64,000 bases of DNA from Trichoplax adhaerens (Eukaryota; Animalia; Placozoa). The notes under the pieces were generated by a model. That model searched no databases, had not been told where the DNA came from, and saw only the letters and a program-made list of their open reading frames with translations. Within the stretch, counting starts at the first letter, position 1. The number at the start of each line of letters is the position of its first letter. The stretch spans positions 4,173,454-4,237,453 of the forward strand of contig NW_002060946.1 in NCBI RefSeq assembly GCF_000150275.1. The letters run 5' to 3'. A program made the translations under genes and the position numbers. Of the stretch, positions 60,801 to 64,000 are shown one piece after another.

Positions 60801-60920
60801 TAAAATGTCCAATTTTGATTTTCTTTCTTTATAGTTGTATTAAATACAAATAAATGGTTCCATCAAACTGTTATAATGGGCGATGAATTAAGTATCACCA
60901 TTGGATCAGAATATGATTAA
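57840..60920 (+). CDS. Single-pass membrane JmjC/cupin-fold 2OG-Fe(II) oxygenase-like protein (JMJD6/JMJD8-related), 4 coding exons, ~332 aa
   Basis: Exons: 57840-58483, 59858-59993, 60529-60661, 60835-60920. Hydrophobic segment at aa ~43-65. Motifs: FEEKYAYSGQAVVVTD, WIFMGSPGYGAHMHID, SWQAQLRGQKKW, GDIIVLNTNKWFHQT (H-x-D...H triad). Confidence 0.85.
59617..59857. repeat. Two-copy ~116-bp duplication ending at the JmjC exon-2 acceptor
   Basis: AAATTGATAGAAAT..CCAATAGAT..AGAAACAA..GCTCAC..TTCTCT..ATTTATG occurs twice. Confidence 0.7.
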
Positions 60921-62718
60921 TGTCATCCTTATATAATTACAGTATAGTTAATCACAGGATAGGTTAGCTAAGTTGAGTAACTCTCGATATTTATCTTTGT
61001 GTTGATTCTTAGTTAAATCATTACAGTATTATAATGTTAAAGTATTCTGTAGTCATTCTCAGAATTCCGAATACTAGTACGACAGTAAGAATTTCTGAGT
61101 TTATTCAGACTTTCACAGCATAGTTGATTATGTTACTGTTGGATATACAATTAAATTTTACTATTGTCTCTATGTGATCAATCTTATGATATTAATTTGA
61201 AAATATGATCATGTAACCATCTATTTAAGTCATACCTGGCTATCCTATTCTAGTGAGCTTTTTTATACTAATAAAGTATTGTATGTCCGCATACGTAAAA
61301 AAATTATGAGATGATGATTTAATAGTTATATCAAGTAATGCTAAAATGGCATGACAAGATAAGGTCATTTTTATTCGTAGTTATTGCTGTATTTCAAGTA
61401 CCTGTGTTTTATTCTCTATCAAATTATAGTGACAGTTTATGACTATATAAAGCAATGGCTTACTAAATAATATTACTGAAAAATATAGCTAGCTCCATCA
61501 CCAATCTAAGCTATAGTTTATATCGGTATATCTATTCTTACTCTAAACATAGCAATGATTAAGTAATAATATTTGATCACGTATATTGAAACAATATAAT
61601 ACGATAATAGCATTTTATCTAAAATTACTGTTATACTCCGTGTAGGTAGAACTACTTCCCTTCAATTCATTCGATTTGAGTTGTAAATGTGAAGAAATAC
61701 CCAGTTTATACATTTTATAGCGTGCAATTATTAATAACATGGGAATAGTAAGAGGGTAATCGAATCTTTCAACCATTGACTTATCGTCAAAATTTAATCC
61801 CTTATTCTGACACAGTAACTATTTATGAAACATACGGCATGAAGTTGGAAAGCTATAATCTGTTACGGAAAGGATTTTATTGAGATCATTCTTAAGTATT
61901 ATTATATTAAAATTAATTTTTATCTTACAATCACAATACCTTAAATTCGTTTGAATGGCATAGATTGCTATTTCTCAACTGAAATATACGGAATTAAGAA
62001 AGGCTAGCTAGCCTAAACGCCTTTCGAGTATTGATATAAGGGGCCTAGAAGAATAGTACTAATTTACTAGACTCAATAGCTATTATTTCCTTTACAACAA
62101 TATGATTTCGTTCATTATAGACGAAGCGAATCTATTTTCTCAATTTCTTGAGTACTATTGAAACCCTCAATTTGAATAATTGTTTCTAAAACTTGAATGA
62201 TTGGATTATAACTAACAGGTATAATATCAATAAACTTCATTCTTCCCTGTAGCATATAAAATGGACAGAGTAGCGAAATAGACCGGTCCAAAATTTTTAT
62301 TTGCATATGTGTAAGCTAAATACAAGAGAGACAGTCAAACATACACTATTAAGTGTGTCATTTACGTAACTTGTATAGCAAGTAGTATACAAATGCTATT
62401 TTTTCTGAAATCAGTACTAGTACTTCTTCTTAATCCAATACATTAGATAGTGATAGGATTCATTCTATGAACTTATTTTTATGGAAAAAGAAATAAATTT
62501 CAAACTGGGATAAAAAAGAATTATATCGATACACAACTACGTATCTATCTACTTTTATTTTTAATACTAATTGTGCTTGATAATGTTATTAACCCCCTCT
62601 CCTGTAAAATAGTAAATATAACTAATGAGATCCTATAAATTTATCGATCCTCCACTACAGCAAAGCAGAGATTTTTAAAAAGTGGAGGCTATGGTTTTAT
62701 TAAGGAGATAAACCAAGT

Positions 62719-62956
62719 TTAATCATCCGGATCCTCTTGTGGGGATTCAGAATACTGCTTTCGGAATTTGCGATCTTGATAGAATCGATGGCCATCAATA
62801 ATTGATTGTGCCAAAACCAAAAATGCTGTGAAGAAGCCAAATACCTTTAATTTAAGTACCGATAGAAATAAAAGTAATTGTAAACCAAATTTGCTTATAA
62901 AGTAAATATTGCTTTCAAATGCATTGGATGATAGTGAGAACGAATGCTGTAGCAAG
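62719..62956 (-). CDS. Putative 3' exon of an unknown (possibly membrane) protein whose 5' part lies beyond the window
   Basis: Acceptor ctttgacag at 62957; only one frame is open, encoding a hydrophobic stretch then a charged tail and stop. A further candidate exon lies at 62315-62115. Confidence 0.35.
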
Positions 62957-62979
62957 CTGTCAAAGAATTGAAATAATTT

Positions 62980-64000
62980 GAAACAGTTTTTTAATAGCTA
63001 TTAAATTACAACTTATAGTTGTATGACTACTCCTCGCAAAAAGATATAGATAAAATGTACTTCATAATAATGAAAGAGCAAAATAGCTCCTTGTCAAACA
63101 GTTGAGCTATTTTAAAAATCTACCAACATACAACGTACAGTAATATGGATGTGGGAAGATACAGGTGAAATATATTTTATAATGATCAGAGAGTCACTAG
63201 TTCTCCATCAAAAAGTTGAGATATTTTAAAACAGTTATATAGTATTGTAGCTATTAACAACAAATAACTTATAACACCGCTACTGAATATAGAAAGACAC
63301 TCGTAAAATATATTTTATTATAATAATGAGAACGAATAACGTGCTCGTATTGTCGAGAAGTTGAGACATTTTAAAGCTGTTTTCTAATAGTTATTAACTT
63401 ACAATATAATACGGCTACCGAATGAAGAAAGATACTGGTAAAATATATTTTATAAAGGAGAGAAGAATGAATACAATACTATCAAAAAGAACTGAGCTAT
63501 TTTAAAATGGCTTTAAATAACTATTAGTAACATACGCTTATATTTAGTAATTCTTTATAATTCATCACTCGTAATATAACATGGCTACCGGGCATAGAAA
63601 GCTATTAGTAAAATATATTTTATAATGATGAGAAAAAAATATGACACTGTCAAAGGGTTAAGGCATTTTAAGACAGTTTAAGAACTCCTAATTTACAACA
63701 CAATATGGCTGCCGAATATAGCTATCGGTAAAATACATTTTATAATGATAAGAACGAATGACATACTGTCAAAAAAATTAAAGCATTTTAAGACAGTTTC
63801 AATAGCTCCTAACTCACAATACAATATGGCTACCGAATATAGAAAAATATTCGTAAAGTATATCTCGTAATAATGAGAACGAATTGCGTATGCCAAAGAA
63901 TTGATGAAGGCATTTTAAAACAGTTTTTAGTAACCTAGAATTTACAACAAAGTATGGCTACCGACCAGAGAAAAATACTGGTACAATAGGCACCATAGAC
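62980..64000. repeat. Degenerate ~125-bp tandem repeat (~8 copies, continues off the edge)
   Basis: The ATGGCTACCGAATATAGAAA..GTAAAATATATTTTATAATGATGAGAA block recurs near 63276, 63411, 63581, 63705, 63826 and 63954. Confidence 0.85.

Overview
This is an AT-rich (roughly one-third GC by eye) eukaryotic window from a compact, intron-rich animal genome. Short introns, vertebrate-like exon boundaries and retained minor introns suggest an early-branching metazoan such as a placozoan (inference). I reconstructed seven complete spliced genes by hand with phase-consistent exons: VAC14 (-), a ZDHHC1/11-type palmitoyltransferase (-), TBC1D20 (+), RP9/PAP-1 (-), NDUFS6 (+), PRPF4B (+) and a membrane-anchored JmjC/cupin oxygenase (+). 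There are also partial genes at both edges: a RAPGEF1/C3G-like exon on the left and an unknown exon on the right. Highlights: (1) four candidate U12-type introns (one AT-AC) in three genes within about 23 kb, plus a GC-AG intron in NDUFS6; (2) dense self-inverting (TACAG)n/(CTGTA)n clusters at most gene 5' ends; (3) a roughly 11 kb island (about 1.9-12.9 kb) of decayed, apparently intronless reading frames with internal paralogy, starting at a perfect hairpin and containing a 1.2 kb array of 35-bp imperfect palindromes. The island is a candidate relic of an endogenous large DNA virus or mobile element, but I could not identify any hallmark gene in it. Several intronic and intergenic minisatellites are also present. 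No rRNA, tRNA or CRISPR array was recognised.
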